The position numbers and the translations under genes are program-made. A stretch of DNA of 64,000 bases from the NCBI GenBank assembly GCA_963822445.1, contig CAWGHO010000003.1, positions 288,001 to 352,000 on the forward strand, given 5' to 3'. Numbering within the stretch: the first letter of the stretch is position 1; every line of letters begins with the position of its first letter. This document shows, in pieces, positions 17,475 through 26,343 of this stretch. The notes beneath the pieces are model-generated. The model was not told the DNA's origin, ran no database searches, and was given only the letters and a program-made list of their open reading frames with translations. Origin of the DNA: an uncultured Acidobacteriota bacterium. GTDB lineage: Bacteria > Acidobacteriota > Thermoanaerobaculia > Gp7-AA8.

Positions 17475-19835
17475 ATGCCGACCTACGTCACCCCCGGCGT
17501 CTGGTTCGAGACGCTCGACAGCGGCGCGCAGCGGATCGATCCGCTGCGCACCGACATCGCCGCGTTCATCGGCGTGGCCGAGCGCGGGCGCCTCGACGTC
17601 CCGGTGCGCGTCAATTCGATCGAGCAGTTCCGCAGCGAGTTCGGCGAGCTGATTCCGAACGCGCTGATGGCGTACGCGGTCAAGGCGTTCTTCGAGAACG
17701 GGGGACGGCTCTGTTCCGTCGTGCGCGTCGCGGCGCCGCTCGTGGCCGCCGATGCGATCGGCGTCCAGCCGCCGGATCGCGCGTCCTCGCTCGTGACGTC
17801 GACGAACGGATTCGCAAAAGGCGCGGCGGCGACGATCGCGCAGACCATCGTCGCGGCCACCGCCGGCGTGCAGCCCGCCGACCGGCTGTCGTCGATCGCC
17901 GCTTCCGTCGACGGATTCACGCAACGCTCGCTCGTTCGCTTCGAGCAGGCGGGCAAGCCGACCACGCACCGCCATGTCGCCGCGGTCGACGCCGGCGCGA
18001 AGACGATCTTCTGGGATTCGGCACTCGACGCCGCGTACGACCTTCTCCTTCCGATCACGCTGACGACCACGCGGCAGATCGATCGCCTCATCGACGACGT
18101 TTCGAGCGGCACGCTCACCTGGGCGCGCCCGCTCGACGAGGCGATCGTGCTCACCGCGCCGATCCACTTCGAATCGGGCGCGAGCGTCGCGTCGTTCGAT
18201 CTCATCGACGACGTCGCCCGACCGACGCTGCGCGTGACGGCATCGAGTCCCGGCGCGTGGGGCAATCAGCTCACCGTGCTCGTCGTCCGCACGAATCTCC
18301 ATTCGACGCGCAGCAGCGGCGATCAGCCGTCGCACGGCATGTGGACGGTGGTCGAGAGCGTGGTCGGCTTCGACACCGGCACCGTCGTGCGGCTCGATCA
18401 GCAAGGCCTGACGAAGGAAGTCCACGCGATCGTGAAGGGCGTCGATCCTTCGGAGCGGCAGATCTTCTGGACCGCCGCGCTCGATTCCGCGATCGACCTC
18501 GCTCCGGCGGCGCCGGCGATCGCGATCGAGTCCGCCGAATTTGCGCTTTCGGTCTACGAGAACGGCCGGGTGCGCGAGACGTTCGAGGCGCTCTCGCTCG
18601 TCGCCGAAAACAGGAATCACTACGCGCCGGATGTGATCGCGAAGGCGTCGGCGTTCATCCGCCTCGAGAATCGCAACTCGTCCACGCCGGCGCCGCACAA
18701 TTTTCCCGACGCGCAGTTCCCCGCGCTCGAGAACGGCCGCGCGACGCTGCGCGGAGGACGCGACGGGATCGCCGCGCTCTCGCCACGCGAGCTCACCGGC
18801 GATCGCTCGGCGGACGAGCGCCGCGGACTGCGCACGCTGGAAGTGATCGGCGACGTCTCCGCGATCGCCGTGCCCGACGTGCTCATCGAGCGCGTCGAGC
18901 CGGTCGACTTCGTTCCGCCTCCACCCCCGCCCGAGCCCGACCTCTGCGATCCGTGCGCGCTTCCTCCTCCGCCCATCGCCGATCCGCCGCCGCCGCAGAT
19001 CCAGGAGATGTCGGCAACGTTCACGCTCGATGAGGTTTTCCGCGTGCAGCAGGCGATAGTCGAGCACTGCGAGCTCCTCCGCGACCGCATCGCGCTCATC
19101 GATCCTCCGAATTTCAAGCCGACGCAGCTCGCCGAGATCCAGAGCTGGCGCCGCCGCTTCGACTCGAAGTACGCCGCGCTGTATTACCCGTGGGTCATCG
19201 CGCTCGACCCGGCGGCGCGCGGCACCACGCTGACCCGGGCAATCCCGCCGAGCGGCCACGTCCTCGGCATCTACGCCCGCACCGACCGCAGCGTGGGCGT
19301 GCACAAAGCACCCGCGAACGAGGAGCTGGAGTGGGCGCAGGACCTGACCATCGAGGTCTCACCCGCGTTGCAGGGACTGCTCAATCCGATGGGCATCAAC
19401 GCCATCCGTCCGTTCGCCGGCCGCGGGCTGCGCGTGTACGGCGCTCGCACCGTCAGCAGCGATCCCTCCTGGCGATACGTGAACGTGCGGCGGCTCTTCA
19501 TCATGATCGAGCGCGCGCTCGAGAAGTCGCTGCAGTGGGCGGTCTTCGAGCCGAACGATTTTCAACTTCGCGAAAAGATCACGCTCGCGATCTCCACGTT
19601 CCTCACCGGGCTGTGGCAACGCGGCGCGTTGGCGGGCGACGTCGTCGATGACGCGTTCTACGTCCGCTGCAACGACGCGAACAATCCGGCGGATGCACAA
19701 GCGGAAGGACGGCTGCTCGCCGAGGTCGGCGTTGCGCCGGTGATCCCGGCGGAGTTCGTCGTGCTGCGCATCGGGCGCGTCGAAGACGTCCTCGAAGTGA
19801 CCGAGGAAGTGGAAGGGGTGGCGGCATGGCGGTAG
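17475..19835 (+). CDS. Contractile tail sheath protein 2
   Basis: TPGVWFE; AFFENGG; PPSGHVLGIYAR; HKAPANE; YVNVRRL; PAEFVVLRI. Confidence 0.95.
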   Translation: MPTYVTPGVWFETLDSGAQRIDPLRTDIAAFIGVAERGRLDVPVRVNSIEQFRSEFGELIPNALMAYAVKAFFENGGRLCSVVRVAAPLVAADAIGVQPPDRASSLVTSTNGFAKGAAATIAQTIVAATAGVQPADRLSSIAASVDGFTQRSLVRFEQAGKPTTHRHVAAVDAGAKTIFWDSALDAAYDLLLPITLTTTRQIDRLIDDVSSGTLTWARPLDEAIVLTAPIHFESGASVASFDLIDDVARPTLRVTASSPGAWGNQLTVLVVRTNLHSTRSSGDQPSHGMWTVVESVVGFDTGTVVRLDQQGLTKEVHAIVKGVDPSERQIFWTAALDSAIDLAPAAPAIAIESAEFALSVYENGRVRETFEALSLVAENRNHYAPDVIAKASAFIRLENRNSSTPAPHNFPDAQFPALENGRATLRGGRDGIAALSPRELTGDRSADERRGLRTLEVIGDVSAIAVPDVLIERVEPVDFVPPPPPPEPDLCDPCALPPPPIADPPPPQIQEMSATFTLDEVFRVQQAIVEHCELLRDRIALIDPPNFKPTQLAEIQSWRRRFDSKYAALYYPWVIALDPAARGTTLTRAIPPSGHVLGIYARTDRSVGVHKAPANEELEWAQDLTIEVSPALQGLLNPMGINAIRPFAGRGLRVYGARTVSSDPSWRYVNVRRLFIMIERALEKSLQWAVFEPNDFQLREKITLAISTFLTGLWQRGALAGDVVDDAFYVRCNDANNPADAQAEGRLLAEVGVAPVIPAEFVVLRIGRVEDVLEVTEEVEGVAAWR

Positions 19836-20293
19836 GCCGGCTCGATCCCGTTCGCGCCTACAACTTCGTGGTGTCGCTCGTCGACAGCTCGGGAGCTTCC
19901 TCGCTCGCGCAGAACGTCGTCGTGGGCGGCTTCTCCGAATGCTCGGGCCTGGAGATGTCGCTGAAAACCGAGGATTACGAGGAGGGTGGCAACAACGGCA
20001 CGGTGCTGCACTTTCCGAAGCGCATCAACTGGACGAATCTGCGCCTCAAGCGCGGCGCCGCGCTCAGCGACGAGCTGTGGAAGTGGCACTTCGGCTTCGT
20101 CGAGGGAAACGGAAAGCGGCGCGACGGCATGGTCGTGCTGCAGGACGACGAGCACGAGCCGGTCGCGGTCTGGCACTTCCGCCGTGGGTTGCCGGTGAAG
20201 TGGAGCGGCCCGTCGCTCAACGCCGCGCAGAGTCAGGTCGCCATCGAAGAGATCGAGATCGCACACGAAGGGCTGCGCATGCAGCTCGTGTGA
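19826..20293 (+). CDS. Tail tube protein 2 (Afp5/Pvc5-like)
   Basis: DPVRAYNF; GFSECSGL; YEEGG; NLRLKRG; PVKWSGPSLNA. Confidence 0.95.
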   Translation: MAVGRLDPVRAYNFVVSLVDSSGASSLAQNVVVGGFSECSGLEMSLKTEDYEEGGNNGTVLHFPKRINWTNLRLKRGAALSDELWKWHFGFVEGNGKRRDGMVVLQDDEHEPVAVWHFRRGLPVKWSGPSLNAAQSQVAIEEIEIAHEGLRMQLV

Positions 20294-20304
20294 AGGAGTC
20301 AGGG

Positions 20305-20505
20305 ATGGAGCTCCACGTCGGAGAGATGAACAGCAACGTGCGGATGACCGACTCGCAGTCGGCGCTCAGCCCGGAAGTGTTCGAGCGCATCGTGCGCTCG
20401 GTGCTGGAGCGCCTGCGCGAGGACCAGGCCCACGAGCGGCGCGTCGAATCCGAACGGCGCGTGCGCCCGGGCGTCTCGATGAACGAAACCTCGAGGTGGG
20501 AGTGA
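20305..20505 (+). CDS. Small eCIS protein in the Afp6/Pvc6 position
   Basis: AAGGAG then MELHVGEM...ERIVRSVLERL; synteny. Confidence 0.6.
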   Translation: MELHVGEMNSNVRMTDSQSALSPEVFERIVRSVLERLREDQAHERRVESERRVRPGVSMNETSRWE

Positions 20506-20506
20506 G

Positions 20507-21217
20507 ATGAGCAAATCGAGCGCGCGGTTCCAGCGGCTCAAGCGCAATCTCGTCGATTTCGAAGATGAGATCGAGGTGCAGTTCAACCCCACCGAGCTCA
20601 CCCTCAACAAGAGCGCGCAGTTCGCGGAGGTGGCCATTCCCGGGCTCGACGCGCCGGTGCTGCAGTTCGTGCGCGGGCAGTCCGAGACGCTCAGCGTCGA
20701 TCTCTTTTTCGATTCGACGGAAGGCGGCACGCTCGGCAACGCCACTCCCGTCACGGAGAAAACCGACCGCTTCTATCAGCTGATCAAGATCGACCGCGAG
20801 ACGCACGCGCCGCCGGTGTGCCGCTTCGTGTGGGGCGACCGCGGCTTCGCCGGCTCGCAGATGAACGCGCAGTGGCAGAGCCAGAACGCCAGCCGCACGA
20901 ATGGATTTCAGTGCGTCGTCGAAAGCGTGCGGCAGCGCTTCACCATGTTCGCGACGAACGGGCGGCCGCTGCGCGCGACGCTCACGGTCTCGCTCAAGGA
21001 ATACAAGACGCTCGACGAGCAGATCGCCGAGATCTTTCTGCAGTCTCCCGATCACACGCACTCGCACATCGTGCAGCGCGGCGACACGCTCGCGCGCATC
21101 GCCGCCGCGCGCTACGACAACCCGCGGGAGTGGCGCGCGATCGCCGATCACAACCGGCTCGACGATCCGCTCGATCTCCAGCCAGGACAAATCCTGGAGG
21201 TGCCTCCGCTCCCGTGA
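20507..21217 (+). CDS. Tube initiator with LysM (Afp7/Pvc7-like)
   Basis: VQFNPTELTL; PPVCRFVWG; GRPLRA; LysM HIVQRGDTLARIA...WRAIADHN. Confidence 0.92.
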   Translation: MSKSSARFQRLKRNLVDFEDEIEVQFNPTELTLNKSAQFAEVAIPGLDAPVLQFVRGQSETLSVDLFFDSTEGGTLGNATPVTEKTDRFYQLIKIDRETHAPPVCRFVWGDRGFAGSQMNAQWQSQNASRTNGFQCVVESVRQRFTMFATNGRPLRATLTVSLKEYKTLDEQIAEIFLQSPDHTHSHIVQRGDTLARIAAARYDNPREWRAIADHNRLDDPLDLQPGQILEVPPLP

Positions 21218-21229
21218 GGCGGAACCCGC

Positions 21230-22408
21230 ATGACCACGAAACCGATCTACCGCGAAGGGGAGAACTTCTTCGTCCCCAGCTTTCAGGTGACGCTCGACGG
21301 CACGCGTCTCAAGGCCGGGATTCTGCGCGACGTCCTTTCCGTGACGTACAAGGACAGCGTCTCCGACAGCGGCACCGGCGGGAGCGGCGACGCGCTCGAT
21401 TCGTTCGAGATGACGATCAACAACTGGGACGCCGAAGCGCGCCGGTTCAAGTACGAGCCGCATTCCAGCTCCGATTACCAGGGCCTCTTCGAGCCCGGCC
21501 GCGAGCTCGACCTGTCCATGGGCTACTTCGACAACATGCGCCTAATGCTCCGCGGGCTGATCACGTCGCTGGAGCCGAACTTCACCGAGTCGGGACCGGC
21601 CACCCTCTCCATTCGCGGCCTCAACGTCCTTCACAAGTTCAAGAAGCGCCAGCACACCTGGACGTGGCCGGACACGAAGAAGGACAGCGAGATCGCGTTC
21701 GAGCTCGGTGAGCAGCGCGAGACCTCCAGCCGCCCCGGCCTTGGCATTCCCGTGCGCATCGACGAGAACGCGAAGCAGCGCGAACCATCCGAATTCGTGT
21801 TCATGAACAACCAGTTCGACATCCTCTTCCTCATCGAACGCGCGCGCCGCCGCGGCTACGCCTTGCACCTGCGCAAGGACACCGGCGGCGGCGAGTACCT
21901 CTATTTCGGACCGAGCCAGGAGATCCGCCGCGTGGAGTACGAGCTCGAGTGGGGTCGCTCGCTCTGCTCGTTCCGTCCGACGTTCACGACCGCGAATCAG
22001 GCTTCGTCCGTCACGGTGCGCGGATGGGATCGCGCGACGCAGAAGACCATCGAGGGGAAGGCGCAGATCCCCGACGACTGCCGGCTCAACAGCGATCAGT
22101 CGCCGGTGGCGCTGAAGGCGAGCCAGAGCGAAGAGGTCGTGACGAACCGTCCCGTGCGCAACGAGCAGGAAGCGCGCGAGCTGGCGAAGAACATCCTCAA
22201 CGACGTTGCCCGCGACCTGGTGCGCGGCAGCGGCGCGACCGTCGGATTGCCCGATCTCCGCGCCGGCAGCCGCGTGGTCATAAAGGGTCTCGGCCCGCGC
22301 TTCAGCGGCAACTACTTCGTCACCTCGACGTCGCACACCATCGATTCGAATGGCTACCGGACGACGTTCGACTCGCGCCGCGAAGGTCCGGTCGAAGGAG
22401 GCGCGTGA
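21230..22408 (+). CDS. Baseplate hub (late control D / gp27-like)
   Basis: VTVRGWD; GLPDLRAG; GLGPRFSGNYFVTSTSHTI. Confidence 0.9.
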   Translation: MTTKPIYREGENFFVPSFQVTLDGTRLKAGILRDVLSVTYKDSVSDSGTGGSGDALDSFEMTINNWDAEARRFKYEPHSSSDYQGLFEPGRELDLSMGYFDNMRLMLRGLITSLEPNFTESGPATLSIRGLNVLHKFKKRQHTWTWPDTKKDSEIAFELGEQRETSSRPGLGIPVRIDENAKQREPSEFVFMNNQFDILFLIERARRRGYALHLRKDTGGGEYLYFGPSQEIRRVEYELEWGRSLCSFRPTFTTANQASSVTVRGWDRATQKTIEGKAQIPDDCRLNSDQSPVALKASQSEEVVTNRPVRNEQEARELAKNILNDVARDLVRGSGATVGLPDLRAGSRVVIKGLGPRFSGNYFVTSTSHTIDSNGYRTTFDSRREGPVEGGA

Positions 22409-22650
22409 TGGCGGTGCTGAAACCGGGACGCATCGACTCCGACGGCAACTGGCTCGAATGGGACGCCATGGCGCGATACATCGAGGAGGCGCTTCCGCCT
22501 CCGAACGATCCCGAAGACTCGGGGAAAGCCGGCCGCCGCGAGTTCTTCATCGCCATCTCCACGGGAGTCATCGAGTACCTGAAGGTCCATCAGGGCGATG
22601 CATTCGTCGTCCACGTCAACAACGACGTTGGCACGCTGGAGATCCGATGA
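22408..22650 (+). CDS. Small hypothetical protein between hub and spike
   Basis: GGAGG; coupled on both sides (TGATG, ATGA). Confidence 0.65.
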   Translation: MAVLKPGRIDSDGNWLEWDAMARYIEEALPPPNDPEDSGKAGRREFFIAISTGVIEYLKVHQGDAFVVHVNNDVGTLEIR

Positions 22651-23165
22651 GCACGCGATTCGAAGGTGTGATGGTGGGCAGAGTCGTGGAGGTCGAAGAC
22701 CCGGATGGCCAGGGCCGCATCCGCGTCGACTTCCCGTGGCTGGGTGGGCAGAGCAAGAGCTACTGGGCCGCGATCGCGGCGCCGATGGCGGGCGGCGGAC
22801 GCGGCGCCTTCTTCATGCCCGAGAAGGACGACGAAGTGCTCGTCGCCTTCGACCGCGGCGACGTCAATCACGCTTACGTCATCGGCTTTCTGTGGAACGG
22901 CCGCGACAAACCGCCGTCGACGTCGGTGCGCGAGCGGATGATCCGCAGCGTCAACGGCCACGCCATCCGCTTTCTCGACTCCACGCCGGAGAACGGAAAC
23001 AAGGGCGCAATCATCATCGAGGACGCCCACGGCAATCGCATCACGCTCTCCAACGCGAAGATCACCATCAAGAGCGTGGCCGTGCTGGAGCTCGACGCGC
23101 CGACGATCGTCATCAAAGGTCCCGGATATCAACGGGTCATTTCGCCGAACAACAACCCGATCTGA
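22647..23165 (+). CDS. Spike protein (gp5 / gpV OB-fold with short beta-helix)
   Basis: DPDGQGRIRVDFPW; FFMPEKDDEVLVAF; YVIGFLWN. Confidence 0.92.
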   Translation: MSTRFEGVMVGRVVEVEDPDGQGRIRVDFPWLGGQSKSYWAAIAAPMAGGGRGAFFMPEKDDEVLVAFDRGDVNHAYVIGFLWNGRDKPPSTSVRERMIRSVNGHAIRFLDSTPENGNKGAIIIEDAHGNRITLSNAKITIKSVAVLELDAPTIVIKGPGYQRVISPNNNPI

Positions 23166-23182
23166 GCGAGGGAAACGCGCGC

Positions 23183-23950
23183 ATGGGCAATCTCGACATC
23201 GAAGTCAGCGCCGAAGTGCAGGCGATGTTCGACCTGCCGAAGTGCGCCGATGTGAAGCTGCCCATGCCGGCGCCGATGCAGATCACGCTGCCGACCGGCG
23301 CGGTGATCAAAGCGGTCGCGGATGTTTCGAAAGGCATCCCGACCGATTGCGCGGCAACGTTCAGCCTGATGGTGCAGCTCAATCCGCTGCTCGCGAGCAT
23401 GGAGTGCCTGCTCCGCATTCTCAAGCTCCTCGGCGCGCTCATCAAAGTCATCAAGGGGCTGCCGTTCCCGCCGGTGCAGGCGATCAAGGATTTCGTCGAC
23501 GCCGCAACGGAGCTCGCGCCGTGCATCGCCATCCCCTTCAACATCCCCGCGCTCAAGGCGATGATCCACGACATCCTCTGCCTGATCCTGAAGACCCTGA
23601 AGTGCGTCGTCGAGGGGCTCTCCAGCATCGTGAAGACGATGAAGGGGTTGTCGATTCAGCTGGAGATCGCCGAGGCCGACAACAACCAGGATCTGCTGCA
23701 GGCCATCCAGTGCGCGCAGGAAAACGCGCAGATCTCCTCGCAGCACCTGATGCAGTCGGTCGAGCCGATCACCGCGCTCCTCGGCCTCGTCTCTCCGATC
23801 ATGCAGCTGGCCGGGCTTCCGGCGATCGAAATGCCGGCGGTCGGCGGCAGCACCGACGTCTCCGGCCTCGAGAAAGTCGTGAAGACGCTCGAAGACCTGA
23901 TCAAGACGCTGTCGGACATCAACGAGGGATTGGGAGGGCCGTGCTCATGA
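23183..23950 (+). CDS. Hypothetical helical, Cys-containing protein in the usual PAAR position
   Basis: 255-aa ORF, amphipathic helices, coupled to the gp25 gene. Confidence 0.7.
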   Translation: MGNLDIEVSAEVQAMFDLPKCADVKLPMPAPMQITLPTGAVIKAVADVSKGIPTDCAATFSLMVQLNPLLASMECLLRILKLLGALIKVIKGLPFPPVQAIKDFVDAATELAPCIAIPFNIPALKAMIHDILCLILKTLKCVVEGLSSIVKTMKGLSIQLEIAEADNNQDLLQAIQCAQENAQISSQHLMQSVEPITALLGLVSPIMQLAGLPAIEMPAVGGSTDVSGLEKVVKTLEDLIKTLSDINEGLGGPCS

Positions 23951-24351
23951 CCGGCCGCGAGTTCCTCGGGCGCGGCTGGCAGTTTCCGGTCCGCATCAAT
24001 CCGCACGGCGGTCTCTCGTACGTCAGCGCCGAGCAGGACATCGTCGAGGCGCTCTGGATCATCCTCTCCACCTCGCCCGGCGAGCGGCAGATGCTGCCGC
24101 GGTTCGGCTGCGGGATCCACGACTTCGTGTTCGCGCCGAACAGCGCGGCGACGCGGGGCACGATCGCGAACGCGGTGCGCAAGGCGCTCACGACGTGGGA
24201 GCCGCGCATCGATCTCGTCGACGTTCGCGTGGAGGCGGGAGCGGGCGAGGACAACAAGCTTCTCATCCGCATCGACTACCGCATCCGCTCGACGAACGCG
24301 TACCACAACCTCGTCTATCCCTTCTACCTGAAGGAAGGAAAAGGAAGCTGA
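23947..24351 (+). CDS. GPW/gp25-family baseplate protein (Afp9-like)
   Basis: FLGRGWQFP; TSPGERQMLPRFGC; WEPRI; NLVYPFY. Confidence 0.95.
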   Translation: MTGREFLGRGWQFPVRINPHGGLSYVSAEQDIVEALWIILSTSPGERQMLPRFGCGIHDFVFAPNSAATRGTIANAVRKALTTWEPRIDLVDVRVEAGAGEDNKLLIRIDYRIRSTNAYHNLVYPFYLKEGKGS

Positions 24352-24353
24352 TC

Positions 24354-26336
24354 ATGCCCCTGGCCGCGCCGAATCTCGATGACCGCAACTTCGCGCAGAT
24401 CGTGGCCGAAGCGAAGACGCTCATCCCGCGGTACACGCCGGAGTGGACCGACTTCAACGAGAGCGATCCCGGCATCACGCTCGTGCAGCTCTTCGCGTGG
24501 ATGACGGAGATGCTGATCTACCGGCTCAACCGCGTGCCGGACCGCAACTACATCGAGTTCCTCCGCCTCCTCGGCATCGAGCTGGAACCGGCGCAGCCGG
24601 CCAGCGCCGAGCTCACGTTCACCCTCGCGCGCAACGACCTCGACGTCGTGATGGTGCCGAAGGGAACGCAGATCGCGGCCGCGTCGTCGGGCGGCGGCGC
24701 GCCGGCCATCTTCGAGACGAACGAAACACTCATCGCGCTCGGGGCGAAGCTCGTGGCGATCCAGAGCTTCGACGCCTACAGCTTCTCGAACGAGACCACG
24801 AAGAACGGCGCGGCCGGACAGACGTTCTACCCGTTCGGAACGCGCGCACGCGCGGAGTCGGCGCTGCTTCTCGGTTTCGCGTCGCCGCTGCCGTTTACCT
24901 CGCAGCAGGTAAATCTGCTCGTGTACGTCCACACCGGCGAAGACGAGCGCGAGACGCATTGCGAGCTCGATCTCGGCGTGGCGCCGCCGCCGGCGACGTT
25001 CATCTGGGAGTACTACGACGGCCGCGACTGGCAGCGCTTCGAGATCGACAAGGACGAGACACGAGCGTTCACGCGCAGCGGGCACATTTATTTCCCCGGG
25101 CCGGGCACGCGCGTCGCGAAAGCGATCATCGGCGACACCACCACCCCGCTCTACTGGATCCGCGCGCGGCTCGCCGCGGCGACGTACGAAAAAGCGCCGC
25201 AGCTCGAGTCGATCCTGACGAACACGGTCACCGCCACGCAGGCGCTCACGGTGCGCGGCGAGATTCTCGGCAGCACGGACAGCCGTCCCGGACAGATGTT
25301 CAAGCTCGCCAGCGCGCCGGTGGTCGTGCGCGAGCGGCCGGAGACGGTGAAGACCTCCGCGGGCATCGTGACGGTCACGAGCCTGCGTCTCGAGATCGAC
25401 GAAGGACGCGGCTTCGAGGTATGGCAGGAGGTCGACGACTTCCACGCGTCGACTCCCGACGACCAGCACTACAAGCTCAATCGCAACACCGGCGAGATCG
25501 CGTTCGGCGACGGCGAGCACGGGCGGATTCCGGTCGCGAACTTCACGCCCGATCCGAACGTGATCGCGCGCGAGTACCGCTTCGGCGGCGGCAAGGCGGG
25601 AAACGTCGCCGCCGGAACGGTGACGTCGATGCAGACGACCGTCGAGTCGGTGTCGGGCGTGGCGAATCTCCGCGCCGCGTATGGCGGCTCGGAAGAAGAG
25701 ACGCTCGCCAGCGCGAAGCTGCGCGCGCCGCTCGCGCTCAAGAGCAAGAACCGCGCGGTGACCGCGGAGGACTTCGAATACCTCGCGATGGCCACGCCCG
25801 GCGCAAGGCTCCATCGCGCGAAAGCGCTGCCGCTGATCCATCCGCGATTCGGAAACGTCGGCGTGCCGGGAGTGGTCAGCGTCGTCGTCGTTCCCGACGG
25901 CGATGCGCCGAACCCGATGCCGAACGAGACGACGCGCCTTCTCGTCTGCAAGCACCTGAATCAGCACCGCCTGCTGACGTCGGAGGTCTACGTGGTCGCC
26001 CCGACGTACCGGCTCGTGCGCATCGAAGCGGACGTGATCGTCGATCCCGCCGGCGATCTCGCCGAAGTGAAGCGCACGCTCGACGCCGCGATTTCCAGGT
26101 ACTTCCACCCCCTGACCGGCGGCAATGACGAGCAGGGATGGCCGTTCGGCGGAACGATTTTCTATTCGGACGTGTACCGCGTTCTGCTGCAGGTGCCCTA
26201 CGTCCTGCGCCTGCGCGACAACCAGCTCGTGATCTGGCTCGACGACGAGCGGCAGACGTTCTGCCGCGACGTCGAGATCAACCAGGGAGAGCTCGTCTAC
26301 AACGACGGCCACAACATCAGCGTGGCGTATCTGTGA
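24354..26336 (+). CDS. Baseplate J-like protein (Afp11-like)
   Basis: PNLDDR; PEWTDFNESDPGITL; FGDGEHGRIP; RAVTAEDFE; HPLTGG...GWPFG. Confidence 0.95.
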   Translation: MPLAAPNLDDRNFAQIVAEAKTLIPRYTPEWTDFNESDPGITLVQLFAWMTEMLIYRLNRVPDRNYIEFLRLLGIELEPAQPASAELTFTLARNDLDVVMVPKGTQIAAASSGGGAPAIFETNETLIALGAKLVAIQSFDAYSFSNETTKNGAAGQTFYPFGTRARAESALLLGFASPLPFTSQQVNLLVYVHTGEDERETHCELDLGVAPPPATFIWEYYDGRDWQRFEIDKDETRAFTRSGHIYFPGPGTRVAKAIIGDTTTPLYWIRARLAAATYEKAPQLESILTNTVTATQALTVRGEILGSTDSRPGQMFKLASAPVVVRERPETVKTSAGIVTVTSLRLEIDEGRGFEVWQEVDDFHASTPDDQHYKLNRNTGEIAFGDGEHGRIPVANFTPDPNVIAREYRFGGGKAGNVAAGTVTSMQTTVESVSGVANLRAAYGGSEEETLASAKLRAPLALKSKNRAVTAEDFEYLAMATPGARLHRAKALPLIHPRFGNVGVPGVVSVVVVPDGDAPNPMPNETTRLLVCKHLNQHRLLTSEVYVVAPTYRLVRIEADVIVDPAGDLAEVKRTLDAAISRYFHPLTGGNDEQGWPFGGTIFYSDVYRVLLQVPYVLRLRDNQLVIWLDDERQTFCRDVEINQGELVYNDGHNISVAYL

Positions 26337-26343
26337 GCCGGCG

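Noticed and set aside
16671-19304. Long antisense and alternate-frame ORFs (877 and 786 aa), typical of many in the track
   Set aside because: Shadows of high-GC coding sequence over sheath and tube genes; no motifs.
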